DNA of 41,370 bases from Candidatus Sumerlaeales bacterium (GTDB lineage: Bacteria > Sumerlaeota > Sumerlaeia > Sumerlaeales > Sumerlaeaceae), in the NCBI GenBank assembly GCA_038243585.1, contig JBBSQY010000030.1, forward strand, positions 1 to 41,370, given 5' to 3'. The notes below the pieces were generated by a model. That model had not been told where the DNA came from and made no database searches. It was given only the letters and a program-made list of their open reading frames with translations. The position numbers and the translations under genes are program-made. This document shows positions 17,926 through 27,710 of this stretch, in pieces. Position 1 is the stretch's first letter. Each line of letters starts with the position of its first letter.

Positions 17926-20901
17926 ATGCGATTCTCTATTGCGATTTTCCTTTTATCCGCACTGCCACACCTGGCACCGGCCCAGACTACTACCGCCCCG
18001 GATTCTGCTCAGCATTTGCTTCCTGCTCAGCCCGGCGCGCTGGCGGCTTTGCGGGATTATGCTCCAATGCGAAGCTCCAGCGAGGATCGCCTGGGAAACG
18101 ACGACTGGACCGTGATCGCAGCCGGTGAGACCACCACCATCGCGCAACTCCAGGGGCCGGGAGAAATCACTCATCTTTGGACGACCATTGATTCCCCCGA
18201 TCCGCATCACCTTAACAACATCATAATCCGTATCTACTGGGACGGCAACGCTTTCCCATCCGTCGAAGCGCCTATCGGGGATTTCTTCGGCCTGGGTCAC
18301 GGGATGTATTACTACTTCGACAACCCGGTGCAGGCCATAGGGACCAACAAAGGTATGAACTCCTTTTGGCCAATGCCGTTTGCCAAATCTGCACGGATTG
18401 AGATCACAAACGAGAGTGATCACCCGGTGGCGAAGTTTTACTACTATGTCGACTGGCGAAAGTTCGACGTCGTGACGCCCGGTTTTGGTTACTTCCATGC
18501 GCAGTATCGGCAGGAGTTCCCCTGCGTCTCCGGACGAAATTATCTCTTCTTTGAAACCGCCGGCGGTCCGGGACATTTCGCCGGGGTCCACCTGTCTGTC
18601 CACACCCAGGTAGACGGCTGGTGGGGCGAGGGCGACGACATATTTACCATTGACGGCGAACAGCGCCCGTCTATCTGGGGCACCGGGTCGGAAGATTATT
18701 TCAGCGGCGCCTGGGGCTATGGAGAAGTGTTCTATAACGATTATTTCGGAATGCCTCTGCGAACCCGCATGGATCAGGACGCCAACAATTTCTGGAACGT
18801 CTACCGGCACCATCTGGAAAACCCGGTTACGTTTAAAAAATCCATCAAGGTCGAGATGGAACATGGCCATGACGGCGTGAGCAATGAACGCGGCGGAAAG
18901 AACAACAACTACTCGTCCGTCGCCTACTATTACGTTGCCCAGCCCCAGCCTCTTGGCGATCCTCTGCCGCCCGCCGCGCACCGTTGGCCGCAATACGCGT
19001 CGCCATCCGCCGGTCCCGGAATAATTGAAGCGCAATATATGGAGCGATCGAAGCCGGAAGAAGGTAGCCTGGACGCGCAGGGCCTGGATGCGGATCACTA
19101 CAAACAGGTCTGGCTGAACGACAATCAACTGTTCCGCGATAATCCGCCCCACCGGGATGTGACGGAACTGAGTTTCCACACCACTGGAACCCTGCAGGGC
19201 GAGGCGGTGCTCCTGATGACCGCTGCGCCGGACTACGGACAGGTAAAGATCGAACTGAACGGCAAAACAGTGGCGGAGAAATTTGACGGCTACGCAGGCG
19301 CGGTGAGGCCGGTGCTGCTGCCTATCGGCCCGCAGGATTTGCTCGCCGGCAAGCAGACGCTGAAGATTACGATCATCGGCAAAAACACTCAGTCGACGGG
19401 GCATCGGTGGGGCATCGATTATCTGCGGGTTGGCGGGCAACCGGTGGCGGTGGAAGAAAAGGCCGCCGCCCCCGTAACCGCCGCGCCTGGCCCGTCTATA
19501 ACTTCAGTGGAAAACCCAGTGGAACTGATCACGCCCGCAGGAGCTCAGGGGTGGCAGGTTACAGGCGGACACTGGACCCAAACAACTTCTGAGTCCATAA
19601 CCGCCGCAGGGGATTTTGACAACCGTCTGATTACGACCAGAGAGTTCGGCCGTGACATTGAGACGTCAGTAACAATTGCGCTGCACAAAGGGTGGAGCGC
19701 CGGCGCACTCGTCTGGGCCGCGGCAGACGCCCAGCGCGGATACGCAGTGCGCCTGGATAGCAGGCAGGGGAAATTGCTGCTCGAAAAAATCGGTCCGTGG
19801 CCCGAAGTTGAAGAACTGGATTCCTATCCATGGGGGGCGCTGGACGGCGACACCGTCGACCTGAAAATTGTCGCCGCCGGAACCACCATTCGCGCCTACG
19901 CGCCGGCGCTCGGAAAGTACCCGGTGCTGGAGGCATTAAATGTTGAGCCCGCCGGCACCCACCTGGGCCTTCAAATTATCGACGCCGAGGCGACATTTGT
20001 CTCGGGCCAAGTTTCCCCCGTTAATGCAGAAGCAATCGTCGCCCATGTGCCAAAGGTTTCCGACTATCAACACGTCTATGATCCCTCCGTGGGAGAATCA
20101 TCTCCCTGGTATATTAACGATCACTGCTTCATAAAAAGCGCCGACGCCTGGCACCTGTTTGGCATTACCCACACCCAGCCCGGAGCGCCCATGGACGAGC
20201 TGAATTTCGCTCATGCCGTCAGTTCCGAATTTCCGGGTTCGCTCCAGACCTGGAAGAAGCAGCCCTATGCGCTGACGGCGGATCCAGCGGCGGGAGAGCA
20301 GCTCTTGTGGGCGCCTTACGTCATCAAGCGCGGAGACACCTGGTATATGTTCTACTGCGCCGGAAGCCAACAGGGCGGTTCCCATTTCCGCATTCACCTG
20401 GCGACTTCGCCTGACCTGAAAACCTGGACCCGCCACGGAAATAATCCTGTTTTCCAGGATACCTTCGATGCCCGCGATCCCATGGTACTGGAAGACAGCG
20501 ACGTCTATTATATGTACTACACGGCCAACCTTGGCCGCAACAAAAGCCATCACACAGTACACCTGCGCACCAGCAGCGACCTGATCAACTGGAGCCCCGC
20601 CACCATCGCTCTCGTTCATCCGGCCCAGGGCACAGTGGCCGGGCCGACAGAAAGCCCATACGTCGTAAAGCACGGGTCGCACTTTTACCTGTTCATTGGC
20701 CCGGCAGGCGAGTATCATCGCACCACCGTCTATCGCTCGCCCAATCCGCTTCACTGGAACATAGACCCAGAGGTAGCCGCCATCCCCAGTCACGCCGCCG
20801 AGGTGATTCAGGATGACAACGGCAACTGGTTCGCCAGCGACAGCGGGTGGGACAAAACCGGCGTATATCTGGCCCCGCTAACCTGGGAAATATCGAAGTA
20901 G
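17926..20901 (+). CDS. secreted multi-domain glycoside hydrolase: DUF2961/GH172, beta-sandwich modules, GH32/GH43-like five-bladed propeller
   Basis: GH172 motifs GPGEITHLW, PIGDFFG, WWGEGDD, GTGSEDYF, MEHGH; propeller motifs WYINDH, LWAP, ARDP, TESP. Confidence 0.85.
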   Translation: MRFSIAIFLLSALPHLAPAQTTTAPDSAQHLLPAQPGALAALRDYAPMRSSSEDRLGNDDWTVIAAGETTTIAQLQGPGEITHLWTTIDSPDPHHLNNIIIRIYWDGNAFPSVEAPIGDFFGLGHGMYYYFDNPVQAIGTNKGMNSFWPMPFAKSARIEITNESDHPVAKFYYYVDWRKFDVVTPGFGYFHAQYRQEFPCVSGRNYLFFETAGGPGHFAGVHLSVHTQVDGWWGEGDDIFTIDGEQRPSIWGTGSEDYFSGAWGYGEVFYNDYFGMPLRTRMDQDANNFWNVYRHHLENPVTFKKSIKVEMEHGHDGVSNERGGKNNNYSSVAYYYVAQPQPLGDPLPPAAHRWPQYASPSAGPGIIEAQYMERSKPEEGSLDAQGLDADHYKQVWLNDNQLFRDNPPHRDVTELSFHTTGTLQGEAVLLMTAAPDYGQVKIELNGKTVAEKFDGYAGAVRPVLLPIGPQDLLAGKQTLKITIIGKNTQSTGHRWGIDYLRVGGQPVAVEEKAAAPVTAAPGPSITSVENPVELITPAGAQGWQVTGGHWTQTTSESITAAGDFDNRLITTREFGRDIETSVTIALHKGWSAGALVWAAADAQRGYAVRLDSRQGKLLLEKIGPWPEVEELDSYPWGALDGDTVDLKIVAAGTTIRAYAPALGKYPVLEALNVEPAGTHLGLQIIDAEATFVSGQVSPVNAEAIVAHVPKVSDYQHVYDPSVGESSPWYINDHCFIKSADAWHLFGITHTQPGAPMDELNFAHAVSSEFPGSLQTWKKQPYALTADPAAGEQLLWAPYVIKRGDTWYMFYCAGSQQGGSHFRIHLATSPDLKTWTRHGNNPVFQDTFDARDPMVLEDSDVYYMYYTANLGRNKSHHTVHLRTSSDLINWSPATIALVHPAQGTVAGPTESPYVVKHGSHFYLFIGPAGEYHRTTVYRSPNPLHWNIDPEVAAIPSHAAEVIQDDNGNWFASDSGWDKTGVYLAPLTWEISK

Positions 20902-20970
20902 CATAGGCGTCCCGCCTGTGTAAATCCTATATTACCTTCGCCCCGCCTGTGTAAACCGTTTATTACCTTC
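20898..20970 (+). repeat. GTAG-type REP (20898-20920) plus imperfect 29-bp tandem duplication
   Basis: CCCGCCTGTGTAAA.....TATTACCTTC at 20911-20939 and 20942-20970. Confidence 0.85.
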
Positions 20971-20982
20971 CCGCGCTCCCGA

Positions 20983-22926
20983 CTACTTCTTTACAAAAAG
21001 CTCATCCGCGTTCCAATACGAATCAGCAAACGGCGTGGGTCGGATATTGCCGAAGCGGTTTCTGATGGCGCTGAAAGCCTTTGGATAATAAAGAGGAAGC
21101 GTAGGCAGGTTATCAGAGAGGATCTGCTGCATCTCAAAAAACGTTTTCTGCTGCGTCGCAAAATCGAGAGACACGGCAAACTGCATGGCAAGTTTGTCGA
21201 TTTCCGCTTCCCATGGGGTGGCGGGGGTTTTCTGCAGCGGGTTCCAATAGTGGGTGCGGCCGGTGCTGCGCCACACGTTCATGCTCGTAATGGGATGAAT
21301 GCTGCCGGTAAATCCGAGCAGGCAGGCCTCATATTGAAAGCTGTCATTGAGCTGCGTAACCAGCGTGTTAAAATCCACCGACTGCGGCGTTGCAGCGATG
21401 CCAACAGCTCTCAAATCCGTAGCGATGATAGTGCTCAGCTCGATGCGGGTTTTATTTTCGACATTGGTAATAAAGGTAAAGGCCAGTGGCTGGCCGTTCG
21501 GCATCTCACGGACCCCGTCGCCGTTCGTATCCTTATAGCCGGCGTTTTCGAGCAATGATTTCGCCGCTTCCACATCGTAATTGTACTTATTAAGATTTGG
21601 GTTATACCAGTCTTTCAACGCAATAGGCGTCATGCTGTTTGCCTCAACGGCCAGCCCCCGCAGCACTGTCCGGATCATGCCTTCGCGATTGATAGCCTGA
21701 TACACGGCTTTGCGAAATTGCGCATCCGCAAAAACGGCTGCGAGTTCCGGCCGCACATAGGGTTTGCCTTCGGCGTTGGTGCCCGACTTGAGATTGAACC
21801 AGAAGAAGGCGGCAGTATCGCCGGGGCCTTTGTCGTATAAGGTGAAGCCCTCTTTAGCCTGAGCGTCGCGTAAATCAGGCACGATTTCCGGTCGGGGGCT
21901 GTCCAGCGTATCCGCCTCGCCGCTGCGAAACTTCGCGGTCATGGAGTCGAGATCGGGCGCGATGCTGAAGACCAGGGAATCAAGATAAGGCAGCCGAGCC
22001 CCCGTTTTGTCGACGCGGAAATATTGATCGTTTCGAACAAGCACTACGCGCTCGCCCGGCTGATAAACCTGAAGCTTAAACGGACCGCTGACGACAAGCT
22101 TCGATGGATCAATATTGACGCTCATGGAGCTGTTGAACTGCCCGGCCTTGTATGCCGGCTCCAGCGTATGCTTTGGCAGAGGAGTAAAACCCGCCAGCAT
22201 GACGTGCATGAAGCCAGTGGGTTCGTCGGCGATCACCTTGAACTTCAGATTGTCCACCTTCTCGAACTTTAACGGTTTACCGTTCACCTGCAGGATATCC
22301 GCGCTTGGGTTAATAATGGCGGGATCAAAGGTGACTTGAGCCGTAAATATTACGTCGTCAACGGTCAGGGGCTGTCCGTCACTCCACTTCAGCCCGTCCC
22401 TGAGTTCCGCGACCCAGGTTTTCTGGTCCGCCTCCACGGTCAGCGATTTGAGCAGGAACGGATAATAATCCTGCGTATCCACATCATAACCCAGCAGGGT
22501 GGCAAACATCTGGCCGATCACCTGCGAGCTGCTGCTTTCGTTGTTGGTCAGCGGGTCAAAAGTTTTGGGGTCGCCAATAGTCGTTGCGGTAATAGATCCG
22601 CCGCGCGTGCCGATTTCTTTCAGCTTGGTCGCCGGCAGAGCATCCGGCCAGGGCAGCTTGAAACCCGCCGGGGCGGGCTGTTCTGGAAACTGAATAATGC
22701 CGGTGGTTCGGTCGTCGGCGGTGACGGAGCCGGTGGTGTTACCATCTCCCGCCGCGCCGCTGGTTGCAGTGGCGCCATTGCTATCCGCAGTGGCGGTTTC
22801 TTTAGGGTTGGAGTTTTTAAGTTCGCTTGGGGCGCATCCTGAGAGGGCGAAGGCGGCAAGCATGGCCGCGGCGGCAACGTTCGTAAAGGGACGGCCGGAG
22901 ATGGTTTTTCTTATCATGATAGGCAT
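20983..22926 (-). CDS. peptide/nickel ABC transporter substrate-binding lipoprotein (family 5)
   Basis: Lipobox LSGC; DPKTFDP, LRDGLKWSDGQPLTVDDV, SGPFKL, GYKDTNGDG. Confidence 0.92.
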   Translation of the reverse strand: MPIMIRKTISGRPFTNVAAAAMLAAFALSGCAPSELKNSNPKETATADSNGATATSGAAGDGNTTGSVTADDRTTGIIQFPEQPAPAGFKLPWPDALPATKLKEIGTRGGSITATTIGDPKTFDPLTNNESSSSQVIGQMFATLLGYDVDTQDYYPFLLKSLTVEADQKTWVAELRDGLKWSDGQPLTVDDVIFTAQVTFDPAIINPSADILQVNGKPLKFEKVDNLKFKVIADEPTGFMHVMLAGFTPLPKHTLEPAYKAGQFNSSMSVNIDPSKLVVSGPFKLQVYQPGERVVLVRNDQYFRVDKTGARLPYLDSLVFSIAPDLDSMTAKFRSGEADTLDSPRPEIVPDLRDAQAKEGFTLYDKGPGDTAAFFWFNLKSGTNAEGKPYVRPELAAVFADAQFRKAVYQAINREGMIRTVLRGLAVEANSMTPIALKDWYNPNLNKYNYDVEAAKSLLENAGYKDTNGDGVREMPNGQPLAFTFITNVENKTRIELSTIIATDLRAVGIAATPQSVDFNTLVTQLNDSFQYEACLLGFTGSIHPITSMNVWRSTGRTHYWNPLQKTPATPWEAEIDKLAMQFAVSLDFATQQKTFFEMQQILSDNLPTLPLYYPKAFSAIRNRFGNIRPTPFADSYWNADELFVKK

Positions 22927-23134
22927 GGTTTCAATATAACCCTGTTCAAAAAGCGGGATTCAACCCAATACGCGGATACGGCTACATAAAATGTTGATAC
23001 CTGTCGAACCCGAAATGTTGGCGTTATTATACGATTGGAAAGAGCGCAAATCAGTTCCGTGCATTTCAATGAGGGAATTTTCCAATTGAATGAGCGGCTG
23101 GTTATAAAGAACATCTGGAGTTGTCGCGACTAGC

Positions 23135-23237
23135 GCTGAAGCGGTAAAAAGCCACGCTGAAGCGCGCTATAGTCTTCTTCAAATCCGCGACACCCCCATA
23201 AATGAGGGTGCAAAGAGGGATCCGGCTGAAGCCGGAA
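23135..23237 (+). repeat. family A element copy 4
   Basis: Nearly colinear with 11176-11280, including the upstream flank CGCGACTRGC. Confidence 0.88.
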
Positions 23238-23398
23238 TCGTGTAGTGGTTGTCCTTAGTGTATTTGCTGAGTTGCGTCCAATTGGAAAGCCTGCAACCGA
23301 TTTGCACCGGCCCCGCGTCTGGCCGTGGGCTGTGAATTATTAATCATTTATTCTGCATTTCGCGAGGCGACACAGGGAGACGCCCCGGCTGATTACTA

Positions 23399-25426
23399 AT
23401 GATTGAAAACCTGATCCAGGAACTGGCGTTCAGCCTCGAAAAATTAGGCACCGGCGCGTATCTGCTGGTTACGCTGGTCGTGTTGCTTGAGACGGTGGTT
23501 GTCATCGGACAGTTTATCCCCGGCTCCATCTTCCTGGTCCTGATCGGGTTCCTGTGTTATATGCGCGTGTTCGACTTTTCCGCCATGATGATATCCGTTT
23601 TCCTTGCGCACCTGGCTGGAGAGTTTGCCAATTATGGCATTGGCCGCTATCGGGGCCGCGCCCTTTTCCATCCAGACAGCCGGTTCTTTAAGCCGCGCTT
23701 TCTCGACATGGCGGAAAGCAGGTTCCAGGCGGGCGGGGCGAAGCTCCTCATCACCGGACAGTTTCTTGGCTTCCTTCGCCCCTTCATCAGTCTGGCCGCC
23801 GGTGCGGCTCATTATTCCCTCATCCGTTTTTTCATAGCCATGCTCTTCGGCTGCTTCTTATGGGCGGCCATTCCCCTTTCCATAGGCTTTTTCTTTGGCG
23901 CCAGCTGGCAAAAAGCCGTCGGCCACATGAAAGATTTCTCCCTTGTTCTTCTCGTGGCCATTCCCACGGCCTTCTTCAGCGGATGGTGCATCCAGCGCTT
24001 GCTGGCCATGAGCGGATCCCTTTACAAGTTTCTGGAGCGCCTCAACCGCATGATACGGGGTAGCGCCTGGTACACCCGCCTCTCTGCACGACACCCACAC
24101 GTGTTCACCTTCATAGAGCGCCGCACCAGCCTTAGCCGAAACTGGGGCCTTGGCGCCACCTTCGGGTTCGCCTGCGCCCTCGCGGTGCTGGGCGTGTGCG
24201 TGGCCATCCTGTGGGACGTGCAAACCCGGGACAACTGGTATCATTTCGACCTGTCGATGGTGAACCTCCTGGCCCAACTGCGCACCCCCGGCGCGGATAA
24301 ATTTTTCCTCGTGATTACCCACCTGGGGACGGCCTCCGTTGTTACCACGGTCGTCGTGCTGGCCGGGCTGGCCTGCTTCTTTTCGCGGCAGTATAAAAGC
24401 CTCTTCGTGATAGTCGGATCCGTCGTCCTCAGCATGCTGGCGTCTGAGGCGCTGGAGGTCGCCTTCCGGCGAAACCGCCCAGAGCTGGCTCTTCACGCCA
24501 TCACGTCCCATGGCTTCAGTTTTCCCAGCGGCCATGCCACTGTTGCATTCGCGCTATTTGGCTCTCTTTACTACTGGCTGTGGAATCATCCCGGCGTATT
24601 AAAGGTGCGGGCCACGCTGGCGTTTGCCCTGCTGCTCGCCGCGTTTTTGGTCGGGTTCAGCCGGGTCTACCTGGGCGTTCATTATCCGAGCGACGTCGTT
24701 TCCGGGTTTTGCCTGGGTTTTGCCGGCGTGCTCATCTGCGGAACCATCGCGACAAACTGGCGGCGCCTGACCGATGTGCGTCGCCGGGCGGATATTGCCG
24801 CCGCGATTATTATGGTCATTTACGCGGCGTCCGCCTGGACCTACGCAGTCATGCATCCCATAGCGCCGCCCCTTGCTAATGCATCGACGGACTCGAAGCG
24901 AAGCGCTGGGGCTCTTGAGTCGGTCGCCCCTTATTTGCCTCGCGCGTCCACCACGCTTCTTGGGTTTAAATACGTGCCGGTGACGCTAATTCTGGCCGGG
25001 AATATCGCACCGGCAGAACAGGTCATGCTTGGTAACGACTGGAAGGCTGTGAAGCCCGCGGACTTTTTCACCCGTGGAATGGCTGATCCTGTCTTTCCAG
25101 CGTTTCTCCAGGGGAAGCCTGCCGCCATCACTCTGGAACAACAGAGCAAATCCGGTCGACGAATCCTGCGACTATGGCGAACCTCGGTCGCAGTGAGTCA
25201 AAAGCCCGTCTGGGTGGGCAGCATTGTGGAACAAAAGCGTTCTAAAAAATGGCGCACCATTGACGTCTACCGCCAGACGCCGGACATAGATCTGGCCGCC
25301 GAACGCCTGGCGGCAGAACTGGATAATTTTACCCCGCGCATAATAAAGAACTTCCGCCCGCGAGGCCTTTATCACTGGGGAAATACCTTTTTTACCCACG
25401 GCGGAGCAGTGGCGCTGGAGCTGTGA
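23399..25426 (+). CDS. DedA plus PAP2 phosphatase plus LssY-C-like fusion membrane protein
   Basis: DedA LETVVVIGQFIPG; PAP2 RRNRP, FPSGH, SRVYLGVHYPSDV; C-terminal LRLW...VWVG..PDID. Confidence 0.88.
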   Translation: MIENLIQELAFSLEKLGTGAYLLVTLVVLLETVVVIGQFIPGSIFLVLIGFLCYMRVFDFSAMMISVFLAHLAGEFANYGIGRYRGRALFHPDSRFFKPRFLDMAESRFQAGGAKLLITGQFLGFLRPFISLAAGAAHYSLIRFFIAMLFGCFLWAAIPLSIGFFFGASWQKAVGHMKDFSLVLLVAIPTAFFSGWCIQRLLAMSGSLYKFLERLNRMIRGSAWYTRLSARHPHVFTFIERRTSLSRNWGLGATFGFACALAVLGVCVAILWDVQTRDNWYHFDLSMVNLLAQLRTPGADKFFLVITHLGTASVVTTVVVLAGLACFFSRQYKSLFVIVGSVVLSMLASEALEVAFRRNRPELALHAITSHGFSFPSGHATVAFALFGSLYYWLWNHPGVLKVRATLAFALLLAAFLVGFSRVYLGVHYPSDVVSGFCLGFAGVLICGTIATNWRRLTDVRRRADIAAAIIMVIYAASAWTYAVMHPIAPPLANASTDSKRSAGALESVAPYLPRASTTLLGFKYVPVTLILAGNIAPAEQVMLGNDWKAVKPADFFTRGMADPVFPAFLQGKPAAITLEQQSKSGRRILRLWRTSVAVSQKPVWVGSIVEQKRSKKWRTIDVYRQTPDIDLAAERLAAELDNFTPRIIKNFRPRGLYHWGNTFFTHGGAVALEL

Positions 25427-25512
25427 ATGAGGCTATTGCTTGTCGCCAGGTCGATATTTGTTTCTGATTTTTTTCTTTACACTCAGCTCGCAAAACAAGG
25501 CATTTGGTGATT

Positions 25513-26394
25513 ATGACTGTACAGCATCAACTCCCCTGTGTCGTGTGCCGAAACACCTCATGGCACATTGACGCAAAAGCTACAAATATTACAAGAGTGC
25601 GTAACGGTTTCACGATAGTTCGCTGTTCAAGCTGCGGGCTGCGCCGCCTCGATCCGATGCCCAGCCAGGATGAACTGCGTACTTTTTACGAAGACGATTC
25701 CCTAAAGCATGATTATATAAGGAACAATCTGTCTGCCTACGTAGCCGGGATTGAGAAGGCGGAAGACTACATCCCGCACAGGTTAAAGACAATTGCCGCA
25801 AAGCGCGGCGGCGTGGGAAGAATTCTGGATATAGGCTCCGCCCAGGGAGCTTTCCTAAACCGGGCAATCGGCCTGGGGTGGGAGGGTGCCGGACTGGAAT
25901 TATCGACGGAAGGAGTACGAGCCGCTCAGGATCAGGGGCTGCTGGTTCAGCAAAAAACTTTGCATGAAGCGCAGTTTCCGCCGGAGTCCTTTGATGTCGT
26001 ACACATGAGCCATGTTCTTGAACATCTGCCCGACCCTTTGGAAAGCCTGTCAGAAATCAGGAGAATCTTAAAACCTGGCGGAATCGTGGCAATTGAAGTG
26101 CCCAATGAGTTCGATGATATGTTTGCGAACCTGCGCGAGACTTTTCTTCGCCGTCCACTTCCGGTGAATGTTGTGCCTAGTCCTCACGTGTATTTTTATA
26201 CGCCCTCCGCCCTGAAACGACTACTTCAAGGTGCGGGTTTTGATGTGTTCCACCACGCCACACCGAGGCGAAATGCGGCGACGGCTAGCACCTTCCCCTT
26301 AGGCGGATTTGTGCGCTCCGGCGTGTTTAAAGCGGAAAAGGCGCTATTGCAAGGTCCTCTCATAGAAACTTACGCGGTCAAAACAGGGGACTGA
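25513..26394 (+). CDS. class I SAM-dependent methyltransferase with N-terminal Zn ribbon
   Basis: CVVC...CSSC, ILDIGSAQG, HVLEHLPDP, LKPGG. Confidence 0.88.
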   Translation: MTVQHQLPCVVCRNTSWHIDAKATNITRVRNGFTIVRCSSCGLRRLDPMPSQDELRTFYEDDSLKHDYIRNNLSAYVAGIEKAEDYIPHRLKTIAAKRGGVGRILDIGSAQGAFLNRAIGLGWEGAGLELSTEGVRAAQDQGLLVQQKTLHEAQFPPESFDVVHMSHVLEHLPDPLESLSEIRRILKPGGIVAIEVPNEFDDMFANLRETFLRRPLPVNVVPSPHVYFYTPSALKRLLQGAGFDVFHHATPRRNAATASTFPLGGFVRSGVFKAEKALLQGPLIETYAVKTGD

Positions 26395-27710
26395 TCATCC
26401 GGGTGCCCCGGCTTAAGCAGACGGTCTCGAAGGGCCAGCGTCGCCACCAGGGTAATGGCGAAGTTTGCGATCAGCGCGAGGATAGCCCCTGTCAGTCCGA
26501 ACCGCGGAACAAGTAAGTAAGTCAGGGTGAAATTTACAGCCCCAGAGAGGCTGGAGAGAGCGAGCCCCCATCGCATACCTTGAACCCCTTGCGCGGCAAG
26601 AATCTGTCCGTAGGTGGCCTGAATTGTGATGAGTGTGGATGCGATACTAAATAAGGCGATCTGTGACCACAGGAATGGATAGTCGCTCCCGGCCAGCCAG
26701 ATCGTTACAGCCTGAACACCCGCAAACAGCGTGAGCAGTGGCACGGCGGCTTTAAACCAGGCCCGGGTCATTCGTCGCCACACTCCAAGGCGGTCCAGAC
26801 TTGCAGAGACTTTCGGGAAAAATACGACGTAAAAAATACCGGTGGCGAAGGTCGCCATATTAATGCTGCTCGCGCAGTAGAGCCGAAACACACCCACCTG
26901 TGCCTCACCTTGTGCCCAGTTAATCTGCATCGGCTGAATGACAAAGGTCAGGATGAATCCGATATTGCTGAGAACCGAAAACCCGCCGTAGGTCAGCATT
27001 TCCCGGGTGTTATCAGCAAACAAATGCTTGGGCGACAACATATGCCGAACCCTCCAAAGCAGGAACGGCATACTGACAGCGTAAGCAATCGCATAGGCAA
27101 TAAGCAAGGTTTCATAGCCTCCGCCAGTCAACAGATGGCCGGCGGCCAGCCCCGGCAACAACAGAAAAGCGAATACGATTTCAATAATGCCCCGTTGTTT
27201 AAACAGCCCAAGCGCCTGGTAGACACTGGTAAAAATAGCATAGGCTGTAAACAGCACGCCGAGGTTTATGGCCCAGCCAATTTTATAATCGTCGAGGTCG
27301 AGCCACCGGCCCAGCGGCTCCCGTAAAAGCCAGGTCAGCCCAGCAAAAACGACGGCGCCAAAACCCGCGAAGTAGATGGAAGTGGAGACCTCCGGTGCCG
27401 GGTTTTCTTTTCCAGATCCATAGCGCATGAGCGATACATGAAGACCGAACAGCATACCCATACTCAGCACCTGAGACATCAAGAGGATTATCTGGGCTTC
27501 GCCAAAACTGAACTTGCCAAGGTAGCGCGCCACGATCACCGTGGCCACGCTAGAAAACACTTTGCTCACGCCAAAGCATACCGTTACAATACTCAGACTC
27601 TTTAAAAATCCGCGGCTGCCGGGACCCAGATTCGAGCCGCGATTCCGAATGCCGTCGTAAAACGGTAGCTTCGAAAGCCATAATTGTTTTGGTGGTTTAG
27701 CGGGGTTCAT
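26370..27710 (-). CDS. Wzx-like oligosaccharide flippase
   Basis: About 12 TM segments; VARYLGKFSFG, LVPRFGLTGAILA; 4-nt overlap with the GT4 gene. Confidence 0.85.
   Translation of the reverse strand: MNPAKPPKQLWLSKLPFYDGIRNRGSNLGPGSRGFLKSLSIVTVCFGVSKVFSSVATVIVARYLGKFSFGEAQIILLMSQVLSMGMLFGLHVSLMRYGSGKENPAPEVSTSIYFAGFGAVVFAGLTWLLREPLGRWLDLDDYKIGWAINLGVLFTAYAIFTSVYQALGLFKQRGIIEIVFAFLLLPGLAAGHLLTGGGYETLLIAYAIAYAVSMPFLLWRVRHMLSPKHLFADNTREMLTYGGFSVLSNIGFILTFVIQPMQINWAQGEAQVGVFRLYCASSINMATFATGIFYVVFFPKVSASLDRLGVWRRMTRAWFKAAVPLLTLFAGVQAVTIWLAGSDYPFLWSQIALFSIASTLITIQATYGQILAAQGVQGMRWGLALSSLSGAVNFTLTYLLVPRFGLTGAILALIANFAITLVATLALRDRLLKPGHPDDQSPVLTA

Noticed and set aside
17953..19440. 495-aa minus-strand ORF
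   Set aside because: Entirely antisense to the motif-supported GH172 gene.
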